A stretch of 62,049 nt of DNA, the filler included, from Candidatus Woesearchaeota archaeon (lineage in GTDB: Archaea > Nanobdellota > Nanobdellia > Woesearchaeales > CAZJJJ01), in assembly GCA_046538795.1 (NCBI GenBank). It is 5 parts of 5 records of this genome, joined end to end, with 100 filler letters (N's around TTAATTAATTAA, not from the genome) between each part and the next. Parts side by side here need not be neighbours in the genome. Positions count along the whole stretch, not along the records: positions 1 to 30,817 come from JBKHIF010000008.1; 4 more parts are not named here. The stretch is one strand, 5' to 3'. Positions 9,054-18,396 of the stretch are shown here, piece after piece. Within the stretch, counting starts at the first letter, position 1. Each line of letters opens with the position of its first letter. Made by a program: the position numbers and the translations under genes. The notes below the pieces were generated by a model. It was not told where the DNA came from. It saw only the letters and a list, made by a program, of their open reading frames with translations, and searched no databases.

Positions 9054-10454
9054 GTGAATCCACTATTCAATAAGATTGTAACAAGCCTTCCTGAGGTTGC
9101 AAAACCTACGCAAAAAAGGTTGCCTCTTTCTGAAAAGATAAAATGGACTCTTATAGTGCTGGTTGCATTCTTCATATTAGGTATGATACCTCTTTGGGGC
9201 CTTGGAGAGAATGCTCTTCAGCGATTTGAATATTTATCCATAATTCTCGGTGCTAAATTTGGTTCTATTATTTCTTTAGGTATAGGACCAATCGTAACAG
9301 CATCTATCGTGCTACAGCTTCTTAATGGAGCAGGCATATTGAAATTTGACAATTCAACACATGAAGGAAGAGTGTTTTTTCAGGGAGTACAAAAGCTTCT
9401 TGCCCTGTTTTTTATTGTGTTTGAAGCATTTATCTATGTATTTATGGGAGGATTGGCTCCATCAAATGCTTTTGCAGGCACTGCCTCATATCTTCCGTTG
9501 CAGCTTATCTTGGTATTCCAGCTTATATTAGGCGGTCTTCTCATAATGCTTATGGATGAAGTTTGCCAGAAATGGGGAATTGGTTCAGGAATCAGCTTGT
9601 TCATAGCAGCTGGTGTTTCACAGAGTATCTTTTACAGGGCGCTATCTCCTTTGCCAAGTCCAACAAACCCGAATATACCTGCAGGAGCTATTCCTGGATT
9701 GTTTTATGCTCTTAAGAATCAAGATATTACAAGCGCATTCAATCTGCTTTCGATGGTGCTTGCAACATTATTGATATTTGGTGTTGCAGTATTTGCGCAA
9801 TCCATGAAAGTCGAAATACCTCTTTCCTTTGGAAGAGTAAGAGGACAGGGAATAAGATGGCCGCTTAATTTCATCTATACCAGCAACATTCCTGTAATAC
9901 TTGTTGCAGCACTCCTTGCGAATCTACAGTTATGGGCGCGGCTCATAAATAATCCTATCTTAGGCCAGTTCTCTCCCGGAAGTACGTATGCGACCTCAGG
10001 AATCGTCTCATGGCTTCAGGCTCCTGATCTTTTGGGTACGATAATAAGGCAGGGGACTATATTCATTGGTTCAAGACCATATCTCCAGGCGCTCATATAC
10101 ACATTAGTTATGGTTGGCGGTGCAGTCTTGTTTAGCCTGTTCTGGGTTCAGACTTCAGGTATGGATGCAAGATCTCAGGCAAAACAGATTCTTTCCTCAG
10201 GACTACAGATGCCTGGTTTTAGAAAAGATGAACGTGTGCTTGAAAAAGTCCTTGAAAGATATATCAAGCCTTTGACTGTGATGGGGGCGATGACTGTTGG
10301 ATTTCTGGCTGCATCAGCAGATCTATTGGGTGCTTTGAGTCAGGGTACAGGAATACTTCTTACTGTCATGATAATCTATAAGTTCTATGAAGATATCGCA
10401 AGACAGCATATGATGGATATGAACCCTATGATGAGAAAGTTTATGGGCAAATGA
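9054..10454 (+). CDS. secY: Preprotein translocase subunit SecY
   Basis: About 10 TM segments, LGIGPIVTASI, KWGIGSGISLFIAAG, YTSNIP, GTGILL. Confidence 0.98.
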   Translation: MNPLFNKIVTSLPEVAKPTQKRLPLSEKIKWTLIVLVAFFILGMIPLWGLGENALQRFEYLSIILGAKFGSIISLGIGPIVTASIVLQLLNGAGILKFDNSTHEGRVFFQGVQKLLALFFIVFEAFIYVFMGGLAPSNAFAGTASYLPLQLILVFQLILGGLLIMLMDEVCQKWGIGSGISLFIAAGVSQSIFYRALSPLPSPTNPNIPAGAIPGLFYALKNQDITSAFNLLSMVLATLLIFGVAVFAQSMKVEIPLSFGRVRGQGIRWPLNFIYTSNIPVILVAALLANLQLWARLINNPILGQFSPGSTYATSGIVSWLQAPDLLGTIIRQGTIFIGSRPYLQALIYTLVMVGGAVLFSLFWVQTSGMDARSQAKQILSSGLQMPGFRKDERVLEKVLERYIKPLTVMGAMTVGFLAASADLLGALSQGTGILLTVMIIYKFYEDIARQHMMDMNPMMRKFMGK

Positions 10455-10514
10455 TTTGATTTTTTCATGAAATTTTCTTTTTCTCGTCGGATATTGCCAT
10501 AAAAAAACGTTAAA

Positions 10515-10522
10515 TTTATAAG
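10515..10522 (+). promoter_or_regulatory. Candidate archaeal TATA box upstream of the DUF106 gene
   Basis: TTTATAAG preceded by an A-rich tract, about 55 nt upstream of ATG 10575. Pattern only, in AT-rich DNA. Confidence 0.35.
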
Positions 10523-10574
10523 TATTCCAGAGTTTTTATGGGTTATAGATAATAATATTATAACTTAAATTAAA

Positions 10575-11327
10575 ATGTTTGACAATATACTTGATGCAAT
10601 TTTTGGACCTATAGCAAGTCTTCCGTCTATTTTAGCTATAGCTATTTTTGCATTGATCGTGACTTTGATTACGACATTTATCTATAAGCTTGTTACAGAC
10701 CAGAAAAAACTTAAAGAGCTTAAAACCAGGATGAAATCGTATCAGGATGAGATGAAGCGCCTTTCAAAAGATGATCCTGAAAAGGCTCTGGGTGTCCAGA
10801 AAAAAGCGATGTCTCTTAACATGGAGTATATGAAGCATTCTATGAAAGCAACTCTCTTTACTATAATTCCTGTTTTGATAATATTTACATGGCTAAATGC
10901 AAATCTTGCATTTTATCCTATAGTTCCAAATCAGGAATTTGATGTCTATGCTGAATTTAAGGAAGGTGCACAAGGCACTGCAATACTTGATATAACTCCA
11001 TCAGGCCAGGTTGAATTTATATCTCCCAGAGAGACTGAAATTGTTGATGGAAAAGCCACATGGTCATTAAAAGGTTCTGAAGGAAAATATTTGCTATCAT
11101 ATACACATGAATCTGAAACCCAGCAGCAGGATCTGATAATATCAGAAAAAAAGTATGCGCCTCCCAACAAGGAGATAAATCAGGGTAATTTTGTTAGCGG
11201 AAATATTGTAAATGAAAAAGTGATGCCGCTCTCATTTATCGGGCTTAAGTGGGGTTGGCTTGGAGCATATATTCTATTTTCAGTAATAATGGGAATGACG
11301 CTTAGAAAAATCATGGGCATAAGCTAA
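10575..11327 (+). CDS. DUF106 / EMC3-TMCO1 (Oxa1-superfamily) membrane protein with an inserted soluble domain
   Basis: TM1, coiled coil (TDQKKLKELK..MK..Q), MK.SMK.TL.T..P TM2, and C-terminal GWL..YIL.S...LRK TM3; conserved position after secY. Confidence 0.88.
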   Translation: MFDNILDAIFGPIASLPSILAIAIFALIVTLITTFIYKLVTDQKKLKELKTRMKSYQDEMKRLSKDDPEKALGVQKKAMSLNMEYMKHSMKATLFTIIPVLIIFTWLNANLAFYPIVPNQEFDVYAEFKEGAQGTAILDITPSGQVEFISPRETEIVDGKATWSLKGSEGKYLLSYTHESETQQQDLIISEKKYAPPNKEINQGNFVSGNIVNEKVMPLSFIGLKWGWLGAYILFSVIMGMTLRKIMGIS

Positions 11328-11398
11328 TTTTTTATTTTCTTATTCTAAACCATAAACCTAATAAACCCTGAAAATATACCTATTTTTAGTGGATAAAC

Positions 11399-11764
11399 AT
11401 GGCTAAACGGATAAAGTGGAATAATATTCTAAAAATTGTGCTTATTTTGGCGTTATTATATGTTGTTGCTTTTCACTATAGGGATATGGTTGATGTTTTT
11501 GCAGGCATAAGTGAGGAGAGTTCAGAGATTGTTGCGAGAAGTTTTGTTATGGATACAGATATATATTCCTCAGGCGGCGAAGATCTTGAGCTTATAAATA
11601 TAAATGAACTTGGATGCAGAAACTGCTGGGAATATACATATAATTTTAAGACAAGATATCAGGAAGGAAATCATACTTTTATAGAAGGTCATAAAATTAA
11701 TGTTATAGTCAATAACAGGCAGATACAAGAAGCTTATCTGGATGATGAAACATTATTGGGATGA
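11399..11764 (+). CDS. Hypothetical membrane-anchored protein with CxxC (CRNCW)
   Basis: N-terminal hydrophobic helix, 121-aa ORF with its own intergenic spacers. Confidence 0.7.
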   Translation: MAKRIKWNNILKIVLILALLYVVAFHYRDMVDVFAGISEESSEIVARSFVMDTDIYSSGGEDLELININELGCRNCWEYTYNFKTRYQEGNHTFIEGHKINVIVNNRQIQEAYLDDETLLG

Positions 11765-11886
11765 TCCTTTAAAAAATTATATGTGAAAAGTTAATAGTTG
11801 CTTATATTTTGAATTTTCACTTAAAATGCAAATATTTTTAAATAGTTTCAATTTCTTCTCGGATTATAAGCTAAAAAGTGATGATT

Positions 11887-12162
11887 ATGGTTCAAGGAAG
11901 ATTAAAATCAAGAACATTTAGGAGAGTGAAGAAAGTTACTCCTGGTGCAAGAAACGTTACTCATTATGAGAAACGAAAACCAGGTAAAGCAACCTGTCCT
12001 GTAACAGGCCAGGAGCTTCATGGCGTTCCAAGAGATAAGCCTTCAAAGATCAAAAACATGGCAAAAAGTGAAAAGAGACCCGAAAGGCCTTATGGAGGAG
12101 TTCTTTCTTCAAAAGCCATGAGAGAGGTCATGAAGGAACGTGCCAGAAAGACTAAATTATAA
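11887..12162 (+). CDS. rpl34e: 50S ribosomal protein L34e
   Basis: SRTFRR..K.TPG, L.GVPR, KRPERPYGG.L. Confidence 0.95.
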   Translation: MVQGRLKSRTFRRVKKVTPGARNVTHYEKRKPGKATCPVTGQELHGVPRDKPSKIKNMAKSEKRPERPYGGVLSSKAMREVMKERARKTKL

Positions 12163-12230
12163 TCTTTTATGTGATTAACCTTAAGGGAGCTGGCGACATC
12201 CCTTTAGAGTTTTTATGGAGGTTACAAAAA

Positions 12231-12665
12231 ATGGTTCAGATAGGACAGATATTTATGAAAATTGCAGGCAGAGATGCAGGTAAGCTATGTGTTGTTGTTG
12301 ATGAATTAGATGACACTTTTGTTCTTATAGACGGCGAGACAAGAAGGAGAAAATGCAATATTAAGCACCTTGAGCCTGTTGATAAGACGATTGACATAAA
12401 GAAAAAGGCTTCTCATGATACAGTTGCAAAAGCTTTCAAAGAGCTGGGAATTGAGTTTAAGGAATCCAAGAAAAAGGAATCAAAACCAAGACCTAAAAAA
12501 GTGAGAAAGCATGTTGCTAAAAAGGCAGCAGAGCCAAAGAAAGAATCTAAACCTAAAAAATCTGGGAAAAAGGAATCAAAACCTGCTTCTGAGAAAAAAG
12601 ATTCTAAAAAAACGTCTTCAGAAAAAAAATCTTCAAAAAAAGAAGATAAAAAAGACAATAAATAA
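12231..12665 (+). CDS. rpl14e: 50S ribosomal protein L14e with Lys-rich tail
   Basis: IG...MKIAGRDAGK.CVVV, RRKCNIKHLEP; GGAGG SD upstream of ATG 12231. Confidence 0.95.
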   Translation: MVQIGQIFMKIAGRDAGKLCVVVDELDDTFVLIDGETRRRKCNIKHLEPVDKTIDIKKKASHDTVAKAFKELGIEFKESKKKESKPRPKKVRKHVAKKAAEPKKESKPKKSGKKESKPASEKKDSKKTSSEKKSSKKEDKKDNK

Positions 12666-12669
12666 TTTT

Positions 12670-13158
12670 TTATAATCCGATAAGAAAGATAAAATCTTTC
12701 TTTTCTTCAATTTCTTTATAACTGATAAAATATCTTGCAATGAGTTTTCTGATTGTATCGATCTTTTTTGATTTTCTTAATGCAGATATTATGAATTTTT
12801 CTTTGCCGACACGTTTCATTTCTTTGATTCCTTTCTCGATATCATCAAAATTTTGTATTGCTGTTATAGATATCACATAATCAAATTCATTGTCAGGATA
12901 AGGTATTTTTTCTGCCTTTGCTATCTTGTATTCAATCTTGTCTTTTTGTTTTGCCCTTTCGATTAATTTTTCTGCTGGATCGATCCCAAATCTTTTGCAG
13001 TCCCAGGGTTCAGTTGTAATACCAGTACCGCATCCAACATCAAGAAGCTTGTCATCTATTTTTGGTCTTGCAAATAGCTTTATCAATGAAATTTTTTCAA
13101 GCTGTTCAGCCTTATGCAATTCATCATAGCCTTCGGCAATCTCATCATAATAGGTCAT
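12670..13158 (-). CDS. Class I SAM-dependent methyltransferase (Methyltransf_11-like)
   Basis: LLDVGCGTG, GIDP, AE.IPY.D..FDYV, KEMKRV. Confidence 0.9.
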   Translation of the reverse strand: MTYYDEIAEGYDELHKAEQLEKISLIKLFARPKIDDKLLDVGCGTGITTEPWDCKRFGIDPAEKLIERAKQKDKIEYKIAKAEKIPYPDNEFDYVISITAIQNFDDIEKGIKEMKRVGKEKFIISALRKSKKIDTIRKLIARYFISYKEIEEKKDFIFLIGL

Positions 13159-13160
13159 TT

Positions 13161-13298
13161 TCAATCAATCTTATGTATTTTCATGCCTGATGAATTTTTC
13201 ATTGAAGAGCCGCATCTTGGACATTTTACCAATGAACAGTCTCCTGCAGGAGCTTTCATCTTAAATCCGCATCTTGTGCATATGCATTCTCCTATCAT
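13161..13298 (-). CDS. 45-aa Cys-rich zinc-ribbon microprotein (not in ORF track)
   Basis: Hand translation MIGECICTRCGFKMKAPAGDCSLVKCPRCGSSMKNSSGMKIHKID*. The ATG overlaps the HAD stop (ATGA) and the ORF fills the gap before the methyltransferase. Confidence 0.75.
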   Translation of the reverse strand: MIGECICTRCGFKMKAPAGDCSLVKCPRCGSSMKNSSGMKIHKID

Positions 13299-13942
13299 TT
13301 TTTTTCAATCCTTCTTTTATCTATCTTTTTTACATTCTTGATTATTTCTTCAGGTTTTTCAGCTATAAATAGGCGATTAACTTCTTCAAGCCTTTTCTTT
13401 GAATTATATCCCCATGTAACTGATATGACTTTTACATTAATCTTTTTCAGAGATAATACATCCCTATCCTCATCTCCTACATATATTATATGTCTTGCCT
13501 TGAGTCTTTTTTTCCTGAGTATATTTCTCATGCTCCTGTGTTTTCCGAATAGGGATTTAATTGAATATATATCTGAAAAATAATTTTTCAGTTTTTTTTT
13601 CTCAAGGAATTTTTCAATATTTTCTTTTCTGTTTGAACTTAATATGTTTAAGTCATAATTTTTGGATAGATATTTGATTACTTTCTCCATTCCTGGAATA
13701 AGATCTGTATCGGATAATTCTTCTGAATAATCTTTTTGCGCCTTGAGCATCAGCCATAAAACATAGAGTTTAGGATGAGGACTTTTTCTTATTGTCTCCT
13801 CTATGCCATCATCAAGCATATTCTCGATTTTCATATCTTTGAAGAGGCCTTTTTCCTTTTTCAGATTTTCAAAAATCATCTTTGTCACAGGAAAACTGTC
13901 TGAAATTACTCCGTCAAAATCAAATATTATGGATTTTATCAT
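13295..13942 (-). CDS. HAD-superfamily hydrolase (phosphoglycolate phosphatase-like)
   Basis: IIFDFDGVISDS motif I, LSSN motif II, YVGDE.RD motif IV, VTWGYN. Confidence 0.92.
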   Translation of the reverse strand: MIKSIIFDFDGVISDSFPVTKMIFENLKKEKGLFKDMKIENMLDDGIEETIRKSPHPKLYVLWLMLKAQKDYSEELSDTDLIPGMEKVIKYLSKNYDLNILSSNRKENIEKFLEKKKLKNYFSDIYSIKSLFGKHRSMRNILRKKRLKARHIIYVGDEDRDVLSLKKINVKVISVTWGYNSKKRLEEVNRLFIAEKPEEIIKNVKKIDKRRIEKK

Positions 13943-13990
13943 TATAATATAGAGTTGATTCTTTTATTTATATAATTAATCAAATAAAGA

Positions 13991-15655
13991 TTAATTGTTT
14001 TCAGAAAATAATTGAAAAAGCTCAGTTATGTTTATCTCAAGAGCACATACAGGCATTTCTATCTCAAAATTTTCAAGCACTTTAGGATGTATCTCTCCTA
14101 TGTATGCAATATCTTTTTTTCCAATAGAAATTCTTGCAACCCGTCCGGGAACAAAAGAATCATGTTGATCTGCCTTAATTATGTAATTCATTCCAATTGC
14201 CTTAAATAACGTATCAAGAACCTTTTTTATTTTTGTATAGTCTGCTTCTTTATCGCAGATTGCAACTGCAAGCCTTTCATGTTCGGTTATCCCTGTTTCA
14301 TCATTCCCTGTTTCTTTGAATATTCTTCCTAAATCAAAATATTTTTGCGGATAGTCATATCTTTTATTATTTTTTAGCACATCCATAAGATTTGGAATGA
14401 TCCAGGCTCTTAAGCAATCATAATCAACAGTAAGTGAATTTGCAAGTTTGATTAATGAAATTTTAGAATGCATCATCTCTGTCTGCTGCATTGATGATGA
14501 TATGTTGTATGTTTTTGTTTCAAACATCCCAAGACCAATAAGAACTTCTCTTAGCTTTTGCTTGAATTTTTCTATATCAGATTCTTTTCCTATTGTCGAG
14601 ACATTAGGAATAGTTGGTGAAAAGTTGTCAAAACCATGTGCGATCGCAATATCTTCAACAAGGTCTATCTGTGATATCACATCAGACCTGTAGCATGGAA
14701 TAAGAACTTCGGTTCCTTTTACGCCATATCCCATCTTTTCAAGATTAGTCCTTATTTCTTTTTCTTTCATATCAATTCCAAGAACCTTTTTTACATATTC
14801 TGGATCTATTTTCATCTTTTCAGGCTCAAAATCAGGAAGTATATATTTTGTATTTTCATGCTTGTTTTCTATTTCCATGGAATATATCTTGCCGCCCATG
14901 TCAGAAAGCGCTGTAACGATCATATTAAGGCATTTGCTTAATACATTCTTGTCAAAACCTGAACATTCTATGAAAACATCTTTTGTGTCTTCAGTAATCC
15001 TTCCAGTGTCATGACTATTGATAACAGGAGGCATAGACAGAACTTTATTGTTTGAATCAACAAATATAGGGTATAGCTTTTTTCCTTCCAATAGATGTGC
15101 ATATTCTTTTCCTGTAGGATGCTTCTCAAGAATCTCTTTTCCTGTCATCTCTTTATTTGATTCTAGTGGCTGGAATTTGATTTCATTAGGAAGCATTGCT
15201 TTGAAATATATAGGAAAACTAATTTTATCCAGAGGATATATCCCTATTGCTGTCTTTTTCCTGTTTCTTCCATAAGTTACATGAAGTTTTTCCTGAATCT
15301 GGATAATCTCTCTTATCTTCTCATCATCCATCTTAATGTTCTTTACAACAGCGCATGCAGTATATGGTCTTATATCTTTAACAGATTCTTCAATGATCAT
15401 CTTATAATCAGATTTTTCAGATTTGTATTCCTTAAGTCCTGTATTGATAGCAAGAAAACTTGAAAGCGCTCTTGCAAAACCCTGTTCTGACAAAAGATCA
15501 GGCCTATTTGGAAATATTTCTACAATAATCTCATCTTTATTGATCTCATCAAGATCACTTCCCATCATGGAAATCTTTTCTGCAAGATCCTTGTCATTAA
15601 GTTTTGTTTTTGAAAGCTTAAGTACAGTTTCCTTGTCAAGTGTTATTGTAGGCAT
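13991..15655 (-). CDS. pheT: Phenylalanyl-tRNA synthetase beta subunit
   Basis: MPTITL, PNRPDLLS, QEKLH..YGRNRKK.AIG, R.DVI..IDLVEDIAIA.G, IGEIHP. Confidence 0.97.
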   Translation of the reverse strand: MPTITLDKETVLKLSKTKLNDKDLAEKISMMGSDLDEINKDEIIVEIFPNRPDLLSEQGFARALSSFLAINTGLKEYKSEKSDYKMIIEESVKDIRPYTACAVVKNIKMDDEKIREIIQIQEKLHVTYGRNRKKTAIGIYPLDKISFPIYFKAMLPNEIKFQPLESNKEMTGKEILEKHPTGKEYAHLLEGKKLYPIFVDSNNKVLSMPPVINSHDTGRITEDTKDVFIECSGFDKNVLSKCLNMIVTALSDMGGKIYSMEIENKHENTKYILPDFEPEKMKIDPEYVKKVLGIDMKEKEIRTNLEKMGYGVKGTEVLIPCYRSDVISQIDLVEDIAIAHGFDNFSPTIPNVSTIGKESDIEKFKQKLREVLIGLGMFETKTYNISSSMQQTEMMHSKISLIKLANSLTVDYDCLRAWIIPNLMDVLKNNKRYDYPQKYFDLGRIFKETGNDETGITEHERLAVAICDKEADYTKIKKVLDTLFKAIGMNYIIKADQHDSFVPGRVARISIGKKDIAYIGEIHPKVLENFEIEMPVCALEINITELFQLFSENN

Positions 15656-15656
15656 C

Positions 15657-17225
15657 TTATTTCATCCAATATTTCATTTCTTTTATCTGTTTAATATCAT
15701 TCCTGTAAAGATCTCTAAGATTGTTTATAGCAAAATATTCAACAATACTTCTTTCCATACCCTGACCCCATGCAAGAACAGGAATATCTTCCCCTAAAAG
15801 AGGTATGACAACTTCAGGTCTGAAAATTCCTGCACCGCCAAGTTCCACCCATTCTTTTTTCTTTGGGTGGAATGCCTCAACCTCAAGGCTTGGTTCAGTA
15901 TAAGGGAAATGGCCAGGTCTTATCCTGATCTTTTCAAAACCCATCTTATTATAGTATTCAGTAAGGTAACCGATCAGATGCTTAAAATTAGCATTAGGGT
16001 CAATAACTATTCCTTCTACCTGGTAAAACTCAAACAGGTGTTTCCAGTCAAGAGCTTCATTTCTGTATACCTTTCCGACAGAAAAGAATTTTTTTGGAAG
16101 ATCTTCTTTCTTTAGTTTTGCAATAGTTTCAGCAGAAAGAACAGTAGTATGTGTCCTAAGAAGATTTTGTGAAGCAGTTTCATATGAAAATTCATACTGC
16201 CAGCCTTTTGAATTAGTATTTCCACCATGCTCATGCATCGCTTTGACCTTTTCTTTAAGTTTTGGAGGCAGTTTTCCTGTTTTAGGATTACCTATGTAAA
16301 ATGTATCCTGCATCTCTCTTGCAGGATGATCCTGTGGAACAAACAATGCATCAAGATCACGAAATGCTGTATGCACATGATTTCCTTCCATCTCAACAAA
16401 ACCCATCTCAAGCCAGATCTGTTTGATATATCTTATTGCCTGATTTACAAAATGTATCTTTCCAGGATTTTCTGCAGGAACTTTTGCTTTTATGTCATAA
16501 GGTCTGAATTCTGATTTTTTCCATTTTCCTGATTTGAGAAGTTCAGGAGTTATTTTTCCGATCTTTGTAGATGAATCTTTTGTAAGCTTATCAGAATCTT
16601 TTACAGCAAATTTTCCTGCTTTGGTAAGTGTTATGTATTTTGTTTTTTTGATTGATTTTTTAATGATCTGTTTTCTTTTCAAAAGCTCATTAAATGCGAA
16701 TTTTTCTTCTTCTGAAAGTGAAGATATAGGTTTTGGAAATTTGCTTTCTATGAATGATTCTTCTAAAGATTTCTTTGAAAGCATCTTTTTTCCTTGTTCT
16801 GTAATATATGCAGAAAGTCCATTTTCTTTTACGATCTCTATTGCGACTTTTCTTTTTAGTATACCTATAGAGATATTGACTTCTTGTTTGTCCACATCAT
16901 ATTTTTCAGTTATCTCTGAAATTGGCATAGGATTTTTTTCAGAAGTATTTTTTATTGCTTCAAGAAATCTTTTTTCAGGAAGACCCTTTTCCTTGTAGAT
17001 AATTCCATTATCTTCAAGCTCAATAATCTCTTCAGAAGTTTCATCGATATTAAGAAATTCTTTATTCTGAAGCCATTGCAAGGCTCTCATGACTTCAATA
17101 TCTTTTAATTTTGATTCTTTAACGAGATCAGAGAAAAACATCTTATCTTTTAAGTGAGGCAAAACCTTTTTCTCTAAAGGATGCAATGATTCTGAAATTT
17201 CATTTAAAGATATTTCTTTAGGCAT
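15657..17225 (-). CDS. pheS: Phenylalanyl-tRNA synthetase alpha subunit
   Basis: DALF.PQDHPAREMQDTFY, LLRTHTT, YRNE..D..HL.EF.QVEG, FPYTEPS, ELGGAGIFRPEV. Confidence 0.98.
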   Translation of the reverse strand: MPKEISLNEISESLHPLEKKVLPHLKDKMFFSDLVKESKLKDIEVMRALQWLQNKEFLNIDETSEEIIELEDNGIIYKEKGLPEKRFLEAIKNTSEKNPMPISEITEKYDVDKQEVNISIGILKRKVAIEIVKENGLSAYITEQGKKMLSKKSLEESFIESKFPKPISSLSEEEKFAFNELLKRKQIIKKSIKKTKYITLTKAGKFAVKDSDKLTKDSSTKIGKITPELLKSGKWKKSEFRPYDIKAKVPAENPGKIHFVNQAIRYIKQIWLEMGFVEMEGNHVHTAFRDLDALFVPQDHPAREMQDTFYIGNPKTGKLPPKLKEKVKAMHEHGGNTNSKGWQYEFSYETASQNLLRTHTTVLSAETIAKLKKEDLPKKFFSVGKVYRNEALDWKHLFEFYQVEGIVIDPNANFKHLIGYLTEYYNKMGFEKIRIRPGHFPYTEPSLEVEAFHPKKKEWVELGGAGIFRPEVVIPLLGEDIPVLAWGQGMERSIVEYFAINNLRDLYRNDIKQIKEMKYWMK

Positions 17226-17363
17226 TTCTTTAAAAAATAGCCAAGAATATAAAAAGCTTTTCTATGGTCTGTGATAGGTGAATAAGATAAAATGATTTGA
17301 TGTCAACACTTCACAGTGGTTTCAAAAGAAAACTTTATAAATTAATATTGATTTTTAAATAAT

Positions 17364-17804
17364 ATGATTATCGGTTCAGAAAAAGATTTAGTGGATAGGA
17401 TTAATAGTTCTCAATCAACCCTTCTAGTCAGAGCTATCAATGACCAAGAAGTTGATCAATTATTAGAAGATGGCAGTGATTCTTTTCGATTTAATAAAGG
17501 AACTGAATATGAAACTAAATATGGTGACATGGTCAGGATGTATGCAGAACGAAGAAATGGAACTGTTATAATATATCAGCTTCAGGATAAAGATGTTGCA
17601 CCTTATGATAAGAATAGAAAATTTGAGGTAGGTGGTTGGGTTCATTGTGTTAAAACATTTTCTGCTCCTGTCGAAGTTTATAATGTTGATGGATTAAATT
17701 TGAAAGAATTAAAAGATCTAAGGAAAAAAGGATCATATTTTGATAAAATCTTAAGGAATTATATTATTGGCTTATATGAAAAAAATCCATCAAAGATGTA
17801 TTGA
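17364..17804 (+). CDS. Hypothetical protein
   Basis: 146-aa ORF, TATA-like TTTATAA just upstream, AT-rich. Confidence 0.7.
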   Translation: MIIGSEKDLVDRINSSQSTLLVRAINDQEVDQLLEDGSDSFRFNKGTEYETKYGDMVRMYAERRNGTVIIYQLQDKDVAPYDKNRKFEVGGWVHCVKTFSAPVEVYNVDGLNLKELKDLRKKGSYFDKILRNYIIGLYEKNPSKMY

Positions 17805-17870
17805 TATTATTTTATTCATTTTTTAATTGGCATTTGTAAAAATAGTTTTAATATGCTTTTAGAAGAAGTT

Positions 17871-18236
17871 CTAAGGATGATGCATTTCTTCCTGTAATTT
17901 TTTTAAGTATGCGTTAAATGCATCTTTATTATGTGAATATAATCCAGCTTCTTTTGGATTTGATGTATGGACATTTGCAAATTCAACAGGGAGACCATAG
18001 TATTCTGTCATAAATCTTGAGACTGATTCTGGAGCAGGGTTAAATTTTCCATAGAGATATTCAAAAGAATATGCTAATGGTTTTTCACATTGTTCCGCCA
18101 ATGCTTCTAATTCATTAATTGAATTATCTACTAGTTCTTTTAATCTAGCTTTTTCAATTAATGTTAAGTCCAAGTCAAATGTTCTTTTGATGCATTTTAT
18201 TGATTTCTCAAATACTAATTTTGGATCTCTTCGCAT
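17871..18236 (-). CDS. Hypothetical protein
   Basis: 121-aa ORF convergent with the previous gene; no recognisable motif. Confidence 0.65.
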   Translation of the reverse strand: MRRDPKLVFEKSIKCIKRTFDLDLTLIEKARLKELVDNSINELEALAEQCEKPLAYSFEYLYGKFNPAPESVSRFMTEYYGLPVEFANVHTSNPKEAGLYSHNKDAFNAYLKKLQEEMHHP

Positions 18237-18396
18237 ATGGAGATGAATGACTATTTATTTAAAAAAGATTCTAAGAATACTAGAACTTCCTTCCTTTGCT
18301 TCTTTTTCTAAAAGAACAGAACTTAAACACAATTGAAACTAACACCAATTAGATGTATGTTTAGCTTTTTTATTTGAATTAATAATATATTATTAT

